Shown here one piece after another: positions 1-8,393 of a stretch of DNA of 64,000 nt (positions are counted from its first letter, which is position 1; each line of letters begins with the position of its first letter). Source of the stretch: a virus. A program made the position numbers and the translations under genes. The stretch lies in IMG/VR virus record IMGVR_UViG_3300045988_160394, positions 1 through 64,000 of that record; one strand, written 5' to 3'. The notes beneath the pieces are model-generated. The model searched no databases, had not been told where the DNA came from, and saw only the letters and a program-made list of their open reading frames with translations.

Positions 1-114
1 ATAATGATGTATTGATGTTATTATCTGGCTTTTATTTAATATTATCTGTAATATGGACAGGATTAGCTATATTTTTAACTATTTTAAGAAAGCATTTATA
101 ATTAGGAGGACACT

Positions 115-306
115 ATGAAAAGACGTTTTATAATGAATGTTAAAATTGATGGTATGGTAGAAATGGAAGAAGGAAGCGAAGATTATACTTTAGAAGAATT
201 AAATGAGCTATTAGTAACTAAGTTTAATGATATGATAAAAGAAAATTTAAGTGTAAATTTAGATATACCAAAAGATATTATATCAGTAGAAAGTAGATAT
301 GAGTAG
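115..306 (+). CDS. hypothetical protein (63 aa, acidic)
   Basis: ATG shortly after AGGAGGA; ends TAG; no recognisable motif. Confidence 0.5.
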   Translation: MKRRFIMNVKIDGMVEMEEGSEDYTLEELNELLVTKFNDMIKENLSVNLDIPKDIISVESRYE

Positions 307-319
307 GAGAGAATGATAT

Positions 320-658
320 ATGACAACTGTAGAATTAAGAGAAAAGCTTTTAAAAACAAAATTAGGATTAAATATATTAGCACAAGGTTCAGATTTTGTT
401 GATATATACGATATGGATGCAGATATAGATTTTAAAATATTATTTAATGGTAAAGAAATAGCTGATCCATTTGCTTATATAGAAAATGTAAATAAAGCTA
501 TTGAAGACTTTTTAAATAATTTAGATAAAGAGATAGATGATTGTGCAAAGAATATTATTAATGAAAAATATGAAGATTTATATGTTCAATCTTTAGATAT
601 ATCTAGAGCAGTAGAAGAATTACATCGAAGAATACAATCAGAAATGGAGTGTAGATAA
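320..658 (+). CDS. hypothetical protein (112 aa, acidic)
   Basis: ATG after GGAGAG; tightly follows the upstream stop; no motif. Confidence 0.55.
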   Translation: MTTVELREKLLKTKLGLNILAQGSDFVDIYDMDADIDFKILFNGKEIADPFAYIENVNKAIEDFLNNLDKEIDDCAKNIINEKYEDLYVQSLDISRAVEELHRRIQSEMECR

Positions 659-673
659 TTATAGGAGGATAAA

Positions 674-787
674 ATGTTAGAAGATTATAATACTGAAAGA
701 AAAATAATATTTCATTTTAAACTATGGTGTGTATTATCAGCATTAATTATAATTTGTACAGCAATTTGTTTTGCAATATGGCTCTAG
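674..787 (+). CDS. small membrane protein (37 aa)
   Basis: ATG after TAGGAGGA; hydrophobic stretch LWCVLSALIIICTAICFAIW; below the ORF-track length cutoff. Confidence 0.4.
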   Translation: MLEDYNTERKIIFHFKLWCVLSALIIICTAICFAIWL

Positions 788-797
788 GAGGTTAAAT

Positions 798-1145
798 ATG
801 ACTACAGAACAGTTTATAGATTTAGTTAATAAAAAACATGTACAAGTTCTACTTAATTTACAAAAATTAAGCAGTATATATGAATTAGGTAATATTGAAT
901 TATATGAATTTAATGGTGAATCAAAAGATGTATGGTGTGATATAAAACCTATAAATAATTTTAGTTCATTATCATATAAAGTTTTATGTGTACCTACAGA
1001 AAAGAACTATAATAATAAAGACTTCTATACTATGGACTTATTAAGACTTATAGAAAAAGGAGTTATTAAATTAAGAGTAGTTTATGATAAAAAATATAAT
1101 GATATGATAGGAGAGAAATGTTATGAATATCAAGAAAGAGAATGA
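798..1145 (+). CDS. hypothetical protein
   Basis: ATG at 798 has TAGGAGG upstream, so it is preferred over the ORF-track TTG at 771; ends TGA. Confidence 0.55.
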   Translation: MTTEQFIDLVNKKHVQVLLNLQKLSSIYELGNIELYEFNGESKDVWCDIKPINNFSSLSYKVLCVPTEKNYNNKDFYTMDLLRLIEKGVIKLRVVYDKKYNDMIGEKCYEYQERE

Positions 1146-1362
1146 TTTTTGTTTAGAACCAGGAGATCTTATTACATATGATGATTATAAATGTATTATA
1201 GTAGATGATACAGATGATGGAGAAAGAGAATATGCATACTTATTAATGGATGTATTTACAGGCAAAGTTGTGGATGGATTTAAAACTTTAGAGGAGCTTA
1301 AAGATTGGCCAAATGTATTTTTAATAGCTAAAGCTAATAGAATAACTTTAACGATTAAGTAG
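1123..1362 (+). CDS. hypothetical protein, paralog family A (with 2877-3107)
   Basis: Shares GDL..C.(I/V)VD...DVFT.K.V.GF....L......LIAK....L.IK with ORF 2877-3107; AGGAGAG RBS. Confidence 0.55.
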   Translation: MNIKKENDFCLEPGDLITYDDYKCIIVDDTDDGEREYAYLLMDVFTGKVVDGFKTLEELKDWPNVFLIAKANRITLTIK

Positions 1363-1372
1363 GAGGTTTATT

Positions 1373-1615
1373 ATGATAGGATTTAATTGTGGACCAGGAA
1401 CACCAAAAGATAGAAAGAAAAGCTGTATTCAGTGTAAACATTTTTTAATGTATGGAATTGGATCAGGTTATTGCGTAAGAACAAATAAAAATGATGAGGA
1501 TGATATGATATCACCTCAAGGCCATTGCAAATATTATAAGAGAAACTCTGAATTGTTTTATTCTGATGGAAGAATAAAAGATGAAGAATTGTTTGAAGAA
1601 ACGATGTATATATAG
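1373..1615 (+). CDS. Cys-rich small protein
   Basis: TAGGAGG RBS; CIQC...GYC...HC cysteine pattern. Confidence 0.5.
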   Translation: MIGFNCGPGTPKDRKKSCIQCKHFLMYGIGSGYCVRTNKNDEDDMISPQGHCKYYKRNSELFYSDGRIKDEELFEETMYI

Positions 1616-1624
1616 GAGTTAGTT

Positions 1625-1789
1625 ATGGATTATAATATTATTTATTCTAAAGAAATATTAGATTATATAAAAAAGCATTCTTTAAAGCAATTAAAAGAAA
1701 TAAGAAATCTAACTGAGCTTTGCAATGGAGATACTCAAATTATAGATATTTATATAAAAGCTAAAGAGAGAATGAATAAGAAGAGGTAA
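1625..1789 (+). CDS. hypothetical protein (54 aa)
   Basis: ATG after TAGGAG; fills the gap between annotated ORFs. Confidence 0.4.
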   Translation: MDYNIIYSKEILDYIKKHSLKQLKEIRNLTELCNGDTQIIDIYIKAKERMNKKR

Positions 1790-1793
1790 GAGT

Positions 1794-2063
1794 ATGAAAT
1801 TAAAAGAAAATATAAATTTTAAAGATTTAGAAAAGTACGGGTTCATTGAGGACCCGTCTAATTGTGAACCTGGAGAAACTTATTATAAAGATAATAACTA
1901 CTATTATGAATTTAATAGCTGCTACAGTGCAGATTTTAGATTAGTATGCAATATGCATACAAGAGAATTTGAAATATTAGCTATGTCAAAAGAAATTGGA
2001 CTATTACAATTATGTAGTTTAGATATTTTTATAAAATTAATTAAAGACGAATTGATAGAATAG
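1794..2063 (+). CDS. hypothetical protein (89 aa)
   Basis: ATG after AAGAGG; no motif. Confidence 0.5.
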   Translation: MKLKENINFKDLEKYGFIEDPSNCEPGETYYKDNNYYYEFNSCYSADFRLVCNMHTREFEILAMSKEIGLLQLCSLDIFIKLIKDELIE

Positions 2064-2078
2064 GAGGTTATTATATTG

Positions 2079-2276
2079 ATGTATGTTTTAAAAGATAGAC
2101 AATGTGAAAGATGCGGAAGTGATATTCAAGTATTACCATATACAGATAAAGACGAATACGGCAGATCAGAAACTGTTGTAGATTGCGGTATGTGTGTTTA
2201 TTGTGGCAAAATAGATATATTACCTCAAGAAGATTATAGACAATTTGTTAGTCAGTTTTGCATAAGAAGATATTAG
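2079..2276 (+). CDS. zinc-ribbon small protein
   Basis: TAGGAGG RBS; CERCG...CGMCVYCG (two CxxC pairs). Confidence 0.5.
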   Translation: MYVLKDRQCERCGSDIQVLPYTDKDEYGRSETVVDCGMCVYCGKIDILPQEDYRQFVSQFCIRRY

Positions 2277-2303
2277 TATAGATTATTAAAGGAGAATAAG
2301 AAT

Positions 2304-2486
2304 ATGTCAAAAGTTGTTATGTTAGAAAATGTAGGTTATGAAAAGAATGGAAAAATGAAAACATTAAAGCAAGGAGAAACTTATAGATTAACATCAAGGT
2401 TAGGATGTCAATATGGAGTTATTCTAAATAAAGATGGCTATATAGTAGTTCCAGGTAGAGCTATTAAATCTGTAAAGGAGAATTAA
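2304..2486 (+). CDS. hypothetical protein (60 aa)
   Basis: AAGGAG RBS; no motif. Confidence 0.5.
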   Translation: MSKVVMLENVGYEKNGKMKTLKQGETYRLTSRLGCQYGVILNKDGYIVVPGRAIKSVKEN

Positions 2487-2487
2487 T

Positions 2488-2715
2488 ATGAGATTAATAT
2501 TAGCTTGTCCTTATTGTGGAAATACTAATTTTGAACAAGAAAAAGTTAATCATTTAATAGCTGATGTTAACGGTGTATTTTTAGAACAAGAGACAGCTCA
2601 TAATGAAAAATTACAATTTACTTGTGATCAATGTGGTTTAAGAGATTATATATTTAATTTTATTATTAAATTTACAGGCAGTTTGCCAAAAGGAGTTAGA
2701 AAAGATTATGAATAG
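2488..2715 (+). CDS. zinc-ribbon small protein
   Basis: AAGGAG RBS; CPYCG ... CDQCG. Confidence 0.5.
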   Translation: MRLILACPYCGNTNFEQEKVNHLIADVNGVFLEQETAHNEKLQFTCDQCGLRDYIFNFIIKFTGSLPKGVRKDYE

Positions 2716-2875
2716 ATTAGAACCAGGTACAAAAGTAATTGGATTAAAATATGAATTTAAAGATACTGAAGGTAAAGTGTTAAAACAAATAGCAGAAACT
2801 TTAGTAGCTGTAATGTTTGAAGGTTGTGCTTTACCAGTAATAACTACAAGAGATAATTTAAAGGAGATAGAATAA
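2708..2875 (+). CDS. hypothetical protein (55 aa)
   Basis: ATG overlaps the upstream 3' end; fills an ORF-track gap; ends TAA just before the next start. Confidence 0.4.
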   Translation: MNRLEPGTKVIGLKYEFKDTEGKVLKQIAETLVAVMFEGCALPVITTRDNLKEIE

Positions 2876-2876
2876 T

Positions 2877-3107
2877 ATGATATGTAAAGTTAATATTACA
2901 AATTCTCTAATCAATATTGGAGATTTAGTTATGCATGAAGGTAAGAGATGTTTTGTTGTTGATATAGGTAATTATATTAATTTAATAGATGTGTTTACAA
3001 TGAAAACAGTTAATGGATTCCCTAATATACAATCATTAAGAGAATCAGACAGTGTTATCTTAATAGCTAAAAATAGAGAATTAGAGTTAAGAATAAAGGA
3101 GGAATAA
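2877..3107 (+). CDS. hypothetical protein, paralog family A (with 1123-1362)
   Basis: Same conserved motif string as 1123-1362; AAGGAG RBS. Confidence 0.55.
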   Translation: MICKVNITNSLINIGDLVMHEGKRCFVVDIGNYINLIDVFTMKTVNGFPNIQSLRESDSVILIAKNRELELRIKEE

Positions 3108-3109
3108 TA

Positions 3110-3430
3110 ATGGACCAAAAAAAAGTACAATCAATAGATAAAAAGTCAAAAGAACTAGAAGAGAAAATAGGTTTTTCATTTGGAAGTTTATTATATATAG
3201 ATAGTCAAATAGAGAAAAGTTTAGAATTTAATTCTGTAGTATTAAATGAGTTAAAAGAAAATTTATCTAATTTGAAAAATAGTTCTTTACCAGATAATGT
3301 AGTAGAGCCTATAATAAAAGAGATGAATACTCAAATAGAACATGTAGAAAGCGAAATAAGATGTGCTGAAAAAGTTAGAGAAGGCGTAAAGAAAAATGCA
3401 GCTAGATACAAGGAGGAAATAGGATGGTAA
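3110..3430 (+). CDS. coiled-coil protein (106 aa)
   Basis: AAGGAGG RBS; heptad-like, E/K-rich sequence. Confidence 0.5.
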   Translation: MDQKKVQSIDKKSKELEEKIGFSFGSLLYIDSQIEKSLEFNSVVLNELKENLSNLKNSSLPDNVVEPIIKEMNTQIEHVESEIRCAEKVREGVKKNAARYKEEIGW

Positions 3431-3579
3431 TTGGATTTATAGTTACGATGGCCTTATCATTCGTAGGATATGAAATAAACAATGCATTACCAAATTACAA
3501 CTATTTATTCTGTACTGTTTGGGGATGTTTTATGACGTTAGTAAATTTATATTTAAATAAAACATTAGATTTTAAATAA
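3424..3579 (+). CDS. small membrane protein (51 aa)
   Basis: ATG overlaps the upstream stop (ATGGTAA); two hydrophobic segments. Confidence 0.4.
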   Translation: MVIGFIVTMALSFVGYEINNALPNYNYLFCTVWGCFMTLVNLYLNKTLDFK

Positions 3580-3595
3580 AAAGGAGAGAGGTATT

Positions 3596-4210
3596 ATGAA
3601 ATTAGAGTTTAAAGGGCCTTTAATGGTTAATCCAGATCTTGTATTATTTTTTGAATTAAAAGAAAGAGAGTTATTTGATAATATTAAAAAGACTTATGTT
3701 TTAGATAAAGATAATGATTTTGAAGAAAAGTTTGTTGTTGAAGAAGGTAATTTTTTAAATCCTAAAACTTTTCGCAAAATTCCATCATTTATAGTTAAAA
3801 AGACTTCAAAATGTACAGAAGAAGATGTAGCTTACTTAAAAGGTTTATATGAAGTTGAAAAGAAAAAATATATAGTTAAAATAAAAAATCAATTATCAGA
3901 AGTACCTTTATCAGTAAGAGTAGAACAAAATAGCGATATTGTAGTTTATGTTGAAGAAGAATATTTTGAAAAAGTGAATGAAGTGCCTTATTTAGATTAT
4001 TCAGATAAGGATTTATATATAATAAGATTATCTAGCATTCTTCAAGATCATATAACACCTTTAAATAATGCTTTTAAAGGAAAGACATTGACTGAAGATA
4101 ATATTAATTCATATAAATCTTATTTAGAACTAGAATACAACAATAATATGTTAAATAAAATAAGAGAATTAATAGATACAACAATAGATTACAAAGTAGC
4201 AGTTAGTTAA
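3596..4210 (+). CDS. hypothetical protein (204 aa)
   Basis: AAGGAGAGAGG RBS; no motif. Confidence 0.6.
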   Translation: MKLEFKGPLMVNPDLVLFFELKERELFDNIKKTYVLDKDNDFEEKFVVEEGNFLNPKTFRKIPSFIVKKTSKCTEEDVAYLKGLYEVEKKKYIVKIKNQLSEVPLSVRVEQNSDIVVYVEEEYFEKVNEVPYLDYSDKDLYIIRLSSILQDHITPLNNAFKGKTLTEDNINSYKSYLELEYNNNMLNKIRELIDTTIDYKVAVS

Positions 4211-4228
4211 TAACTGCTATTCTTTTTT
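4198..4228 (+). terminator. Rho-independent terminator
   Basis: 8-bp stem AGCAGTTA/TAACTGCT, 5-nt loop, followed by ATTCTTTTTT. Confidence 0.6.
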
Positions 4229-4238
4229 GGTGATTAAA

Positions 4239-4784
4239 ATGGAAATTTCTAAGAAGAAACTGTTTTTTGCTACTTTAAAAACAATGATTAGTGAACATGG
4301 ATTTTTTATAGCAATTATGTTATCTGTTTTAATATTTGCTATTAATAAAGGAGCTAATATTGTTTTTTATGTTTTTATTACTATAGTATACTCTATAATA
4401 TTTAGTTATATAATATATAATTCTAAACAAGTAACTAAATATTCTTTAACAAATAAATATTATGGAGATTTATTACGAGAAACAATAAATAAGATTGATG
4501 AAATAAATAAATTAATAAGAGATCATCAGGATATAACAGTCAGAAAGAATCTTGATTCTTATATAAAAAGAAGAAAGATAGAAGGTTGTAATTGTGTTAG
4601 ATGGAAAGAATGCCCCGTGTTATATCAAAATATAATGCAGGATATTCTAGATAACGCAGATCAAGAATGTACTGAATGTTATATATTTAAATTAAAAATG
4701 GAAGCTGATGTTTTAAATAAAAAAGCATTACAAATTGTAAACAAAATAGATAAGATAAAAAATGAAGCTTGGAAGTATTTATAA
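4239..4784 (+). CDS. membrane-anchored protein
   Basis: ATG 4239 (in-frame TTG at 4227 is an alternative); N-terminal TM segments, then a Cys-containing soluble region. Confidence 0.55.
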   Translation: MEISKKKLFFATLKTMISEHGFFIAIMLSVLIFAINKGANIVFYVFITIVYSIIFSYIIYNSKQVTKYSLTNKYYGDLLRETINKIDEINKLIRDHQDITVRKNLDSYIKRRKIEGCNCVRWKECPVLYQNIMQDILDNADQECTECYIFKLKMEADVLNKKALQIVNKIDKIKNEAWKYL

Positions 4785-4796
4785 AGGAGAAAATTT

Positions 4797-5024
4797 ATGC
4801 AATATAATAACAATAATAGTGGAGCCTATGTAGCTGGAATTAGTTTTACTAGTACATTAGGTTTAATATTTATAGTTTTAAAATTAGTAGGAGTTATTGA
4901 TTGGTCTTGGTGGTTAGTATTATTACCTATATACGGACCAACATTATTTATTGTAATTATAATAGCTATATTAATGGTTATTGGATTAATAATAAATGCT
5001 TTTGAAAAAAGAAAGGATAGATAA
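4797..5024 (+). CDS. small membrane protein (75 aa)
   Basis: AAGGAG RBS; two long hydrophobic helices. Confidence 0.55.
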   Translation: MQYNNNNSGAYVAGISFTSTLGLIFIVLKLVGVIDWSWWLVLLPIYGPTLFIVIIIAILMVIGLIINAFEKRKDR

Positions 5025-5026
5025 TA

Positions 5027-5392
5027 ATGAGAGATTTTAAAGAGGGGGATATTGTTAGATTTATTACTGATGAATATAATTTAACATGCGAAAGAAGAAA
5101 AACAGTAGCTGTAGTTAAAGAAGTCTTTTCAAAGAGTTGTATAATTGAAATAGTAGCAATGATGGATGAAAAACATTATAAATATTTAATAGAAGAAACT
5201 CCTGAACAAGGAGTATATCATGTTAATAAATCTCATATGAAATTATATCAAGGTGAATATGATGATATACTAACAGTTAAAGCATTGATAGAAGAAAATA
5301 CAGATTATTATGCTAGAATTTTAAAAATAAGAAGAGAGAAAAGGAAGAATAAACAGTATAATATAGATTCTTTTTTATTGGAGGGATTTTAA
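5027..5392 (+). CDS. hypothetical protein, paralog family B
   Basis: F(K)EGDIVRF...ERKTVA.V...LLEGF-stop, shared with 5392-5787 and 6050-6349. Confidence 0.6.
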   Translation: MRDFKEGDIVRFITDEYNLTCERRKTVAVVKEVFSKSCIIEIVAMMDEKHYKYLIEETPEQGVYHVNKSHMKLYQGEYDDILTVKALIEENTDYYARILKIRREKRKNKQYNIDSFLLEGF

Positions 5393-5787
5393 TGCCAAAG
5401 TACGATTTTAAAGAAGGAAACATTGTCAGATTTACAGATAATAGAGTATATAATTATACTAATGAAGAAAGAAAAACTGTAGCAAAAGTAGTATCTACAA
5501 AAGATTATTTAGACTACAATCCTTATTATGTACAACAAGATGATGAGCTTTTAGTTAAAATAATAGCAATGGATAGTATTGGCGGTTATGAAATGATTGT
5601 ATCAAGAGAAGAAAAAGGAATATTCCCTGTTAGAAAAAATTGCATATTACCTTATAAAGGAGAATATGATAATATCCCTGATGTGAAAATGTTATTATTA
5701 CTAAATGGATATGGAAAAGATACGATTAAAAAGCTAAATAAAAGAAAAAATCACGATATTAATAGTGTATTGCTGGAGGGTTTTTGA
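5392..5787 (+). CDS. hypothetical protein, paralog family B
   Basis: TAATG overlap with the upstream gene; ends LLEGF-TGA at the same position as the paralogs. Confidence 0.6.
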   Translation: MPKYDFKEGNIVRFTDNRVYNYTNEERKTVAKVVSTKDYLDYNPYYVQQDDELLVKIIAMDSIGGYEMIVSREEKGIFPVRKNCILPYKGEYDNIPDVKMLLLLNGYGKDTIKKLNKRKNHDINSVLLEGF

Positions 5788-5790
5788 TTA

Positions 5791-6057
5791 ATGAATGAAA
5801 ATATAAAACAATTATTAGATCATACGAAGAATTCTAAAGTTGCTAATGATAAAATACAAATAGTAACTAAGCATTATGTATATAATTTATCTAAAGATAG
5901 TAAAGTAAAAGTTGATTGGTCTAAAGGTATAGTCCTATTTACATTATCTCATCAAGTAGATAAACATTATAATATAGAGTTTTGTCCTATAATAACTTTA
6001 AAGCAAAAACAGGTATTAAGAGTATTATTAAATAATAGAGGTGAATGCAGTGCATAA
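5791..6057 (+). CDS. hypothetical protein (88 aa)
   Basis: GGAGGG RBS lies inside the upstream LLEGF codons; no motif. Confidence 0.5.
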   Translation: MNENIKQLLDHTKNSKVANDKIQIVTKHYVYNLSKDSKVKVDWSKGIVLFTLSHQVDKHYNIEFCPIITLKQKQVLRVLLNNRGECSA

Positions 6058-6349
6058 TGATTTTAATATAGGAGATATAGTAAGTTTTACTGAAGAAGCC
6101 AAAGATGTATATAGATATACTACTAAAGAATCTGGTTGCATAGGTAAAGTTATAAAAAAGAATAAAACATTATCTATAGAAATATTAGATATTTGTGATG
6201 AATATAAAAATGCAATTGGTGAAGAAGTAAATGGTATTAATCCTAGATATGTAGTATTTAAACAAAGTTATAAAAGTTACAAAGAAGAAAAAATAAACAA
6301 AAAGAAAAGTAATTTTAATTTAAACAATTTATTATTAAATGGTTTTTAA
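6050..6349 (+). CDS. hypothetical protein, paralog family B
   Basis: GTG 6050 sits 7 nt after AGAGGTG and gives MHNDFNIGDIVSF, matching the paralog N-termini; ORF-track start is 6041. Confidence 0.55.
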   Translation: MHNDFNIGDIVSFTEEAKDVYRYTTKESGCIGKVIKKNKTLSIEILDICDEYKNAIGEEVNGINPRYVVFKQSYKSYKEEKINKKKSNFNLNNLLLNGF

Positions 6350-6360
6350 GGAGGGATCAA

Positions 6361-6636
6361 ATGATGTTTTTTGGAGTTTATGAATTAGAAGGAGATTACT
6401 TTGTTGTATTATCTTATACACATAACGAAGTAGGAGAATATATATTAGAAGAAGATGAAGCAATAGAAGATTTTTTATCTGATTCATTTATATATGAAGC
6501 ATATCCATGCATATATCAAGCTTCTAAAGAAGATTATGATTCATTAGAAGAATTAATAGATACATTACAAGGATGTGCAAAATTAAATTACAGCGAGGAA
6601 TTGTCAAAAACAGCGGAACAACAAGCACAAGAATAA
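6361..6636 (+). CDS. acidic hypothetical protein (91 aa)
   Basis: GGAGGGA RBS; very D/E-rich. Confidence 0.5.
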   Translation: MMFFGVYELEGDYFVVLSYTHNEVGEYILEEDEAIEDFLSDSFIYEAYPCIYQASKEDYDSLEELIDTLQGCAKLNYSEELSKTAEQQAQE

Positions 6637-6700
6637 ATTAAATTATTGTAAGGAGCTGTTGATATGATTAGAAATTATAAGAAGGAGAAAGATTAAAGAA

Positions 6701-6979
6701 ATGATTATAAAAGATATTAATATAGAAAAACCTTGTGAGGTAAAAAGAAAAGAAGATGGAATTTCAATAGAATGTAATTCAACTACTATTGATCATTTAG
6801 TTGGTAAATTACAAAAAGATAAGGATGCAAATATATTATTTATATGTAGTAATGACCATCCTTATAATACTTTTCATCAAGGATATAATTTAAAAGAAAC
6901 AATACAAATAAGAAATTATTTAAATAAATTAATAGCTATAGGTAAAAGTGTTGTGTCAAATGTAGAATTAAGACATTAA
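6701..6979 (+). CDS. hypothetical protein (92 aa)
   Basis: AAGGAG RBS; no motif. Confidence 0.5.
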   Translation: MIIKDINIEKPCEVKRKEDGISIECNSTTIDHLVGKLQKDKDANILFICSNDHPYNTFHQGYNLKETIQIRNYLNKLIAIGKSVVSNVELRH

Positions 6980-6997
6980 TTATAGTAATAGTATAAT
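6968..6997 (+). promoter_or_regulatory. candidate sigma-A-type promoter
   Basis: TTAAGA, 18 nt spacer, TATAAT (6992-6997), upstream of ORF 7026; AT-rich background makes chance matches likely. Confidence 0.25.
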
Positions 6998-7025
6998 AAA
7001 CAACATATTTTGAGAGGTGTTTATT

Positions 7026-7172
7026 ATGATAGTGAAAATAGTTAAATGTCCAAAATGCTTACAACCAACATTAATAATTACTGCTACAAATTCTAATGTA
7101 ACAAAGGAATGTAGCAATCCAAAATGTGATTTTGCAGAAAGCAATCTATTGTCAGATTATAAAAAGAAATAG
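7026..7172 (+). CDS. zinc-ribbon small protein (48 aa)
   Basis: GAGAGGTG RBS; CPKC ... CSNPKC. Confidence 0.4.
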   Translation: MIVKIVKCPKCLQPTLIITATNSNVTKECSNPKCDFAESNLLSDYKKK

Positions 7173-7180
7173 TATTATAT

Positions 7181-7210
7181 AAGAGTACCGTAACTGGTAC
7201 TCTTTTTTAT
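7181..7210 (+). terminator. Rho-independent terminator
   Basis: AAGAGTACC / GGTACTCTT stem, 6-nt loop, TTTTATT tail. Confidence 0.65.
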
Positions 7211-7223
7211 TGAGGTGAAATTT

Positions 7224-7430
7224 ATGAAAATAAAAAGTAAGTGTAAGACATGTGGAAGAACAACTTATGTTTGTATATCAGAAGAAAAAAGAAAATTAGC
7301 TAGTAGAATTAAAAAAGATATAAAAAACATAAAAAAAGGAGATTATACATGTTACTTCTGCGATCAAACTGATGTTAATTTGCTTAATAATATATTAGGA
7401 CATAAATTATTTAAAGGAAAGAAGGATTAA
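7224..7430 (+). CDS. zinc-ribbon small protein
   Basis: ATG 7224 after GAGGTG (ORF-track GTG at 7215); CKTCG ... CYFCD. Confidence 0.5.
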   Translation: MKIKSKCKTCGRTTYVCISEEKRKLASRIKKDIKNIKKGDYTCYFCDQTDVNLLNNILGHKLFKGKKD

Positions 7431-7432
7431 TC

Positions 7433-7693
7433 ATGGGGAAGAAAAATATTTGTTTTATGTGTGGTAAAAAAGAAACTTTTAGAGATAAATTAAAATTCTT
7501 TTTTGAAACAATTAACCCGAGTCGTACAATAATAATGCCATTACATGGTTATGTTGATATTGGAGGGAAAACATTTTGTTCATTAGAATGTTATCAAAGA
7601 TATATGAGTATATACTCAATGGATAGTGATGAAGCATGGTTAGAAGAAGCTAAAAGACAAAATACATACGATAGAAAAAATGGAGGATGTTAA
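7433..7693 (+). CDS. Cys-rich small protein
   Basis: CFMCG ... CSLEC; purine-rich RBS. Confidence 0.5.
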   Translation: MGKKNICFMCGKKETFRDKLKFFFETINPSRTIIMPLHGYVDIGGKTFCSLECYQRYMSIYSMDSDEAWLEEAKRQNTYDRKNGGC

Positions 7694-7695
7694 TT

Positions 7696-8037
7696 ATGAA
7701 AAAAATATATGCTGTTAAAGTAGGTAAAATCCCAGGAATTTATGAATCATGGACTGATTGTGAAGCTCAAGTAAAAGGATTTAAAGGTGCTCAATATAAA
7801 TCATTTACTAATAGAAAAGAAGCAGAAGAATATTTAAATGAAGGAAAACAACAAGAAGGATTAACTGAAGAAACTAAAGAAAATGTTAAATGGGATTTAG
7901 TTGGAATCAGAGAAGCTCTTAAAGAAAGAGATATAATGACTATCTTAGATAAGGTAGATTCTATTGCAGATTCATTAGGTATAGAACTAGAAGAAGAAAG
8001 CTTAAATGATTATATTATAGTAGAAGAAGAGAATTAA
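7696..8037 (+). CDS. RNase H1 N-terminal (hybrid-binding, Cauli_VI-like) domain protein without an RNase H catalytic domain
   Basis: KIYAVKVGKIPGIYESWTDCEAQVKGFKGAQYKSFTNRKEAEEYL matches the HBD consensus (YAV..G...GIY.sW.ec...V.G....yK.F....eA..yl); acidic tail. Confidence 0.6.
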   Translation: MKKIYAVKVGKIPGIYESWTDCEAQVKGFKGAQYKSFTNRKEAEEYLNEGKQQEGLTEETKENVKWDLVGIREALKERDIMTILDKVDSIADSLGIELEEESLNDYIIVEEEN

Positions 8038-8038
8038 T

Positions 8039-8227
8039 ATGAGAGTTATAAATGATACTTATATTCTTAAAAGAATATATGAGTTCAATGATAAAGAAGA
8101 ATATGAAAATTCTTTAGATATGTTAAACAATAACGGTTTTACTCCTTGTGAAGATTTATATAAAGTTGGAGATAAATTGTATTGTAAATTTATTAGATTA
8201 GAGTTAGGATGTGTGTCTTATGAGTAA
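8039..8227 (+). CDS. hypothetical protein (62 aa)
   Basis: TAATATG junction with the upstream gene; no motif. Confidence 0.5.
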   Translation: MRVINDTYILKRIYEFNDKEEYENSLDMLNNNGFTPCEDLYKVGDKLYCKFIRLELGCVSYE

Positions 8228-8231
8228 ACGG

Positions 8232-8348
8232 ATGGAAATAGTAAAAGGAGCTTTAATGTTAGCAGGTATACTGTTTGTAGTTACTAACTTTCCAATAGTA
8301 ATAGTTCTTGGTATAGTATTCTTGCTATTAAAAGCTTTAAGTAGATAA
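8232..8348 (+). CDS. small membrane protein (38 aa)
   Basis: Single long hydrophobic helix; fills an ORF-track gap. Confidence 0.4.
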   Translation: MEIVKGALMLAGILFVVTNFPIVIVLGIVFLLLKALSR

Positions 8349-8393
8349 ATCATATATTAATGTATAAAGATAAAAACTAAAGGTGGTTTTAAT

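Noticed and set aside
5392-6057. Read-through of TGA 5785-5787 would fuse ORF 5392-5787 in frame with ORF 5791-6057
   Set aside because: Both paralogs end at the identical LL(E/N)GF position with TAA, and ORF 5791 has its own RBS (GGAGGG). TGA therefore most likely acts as a stop here. This also argues against a uniform code-4 reading of the genome.
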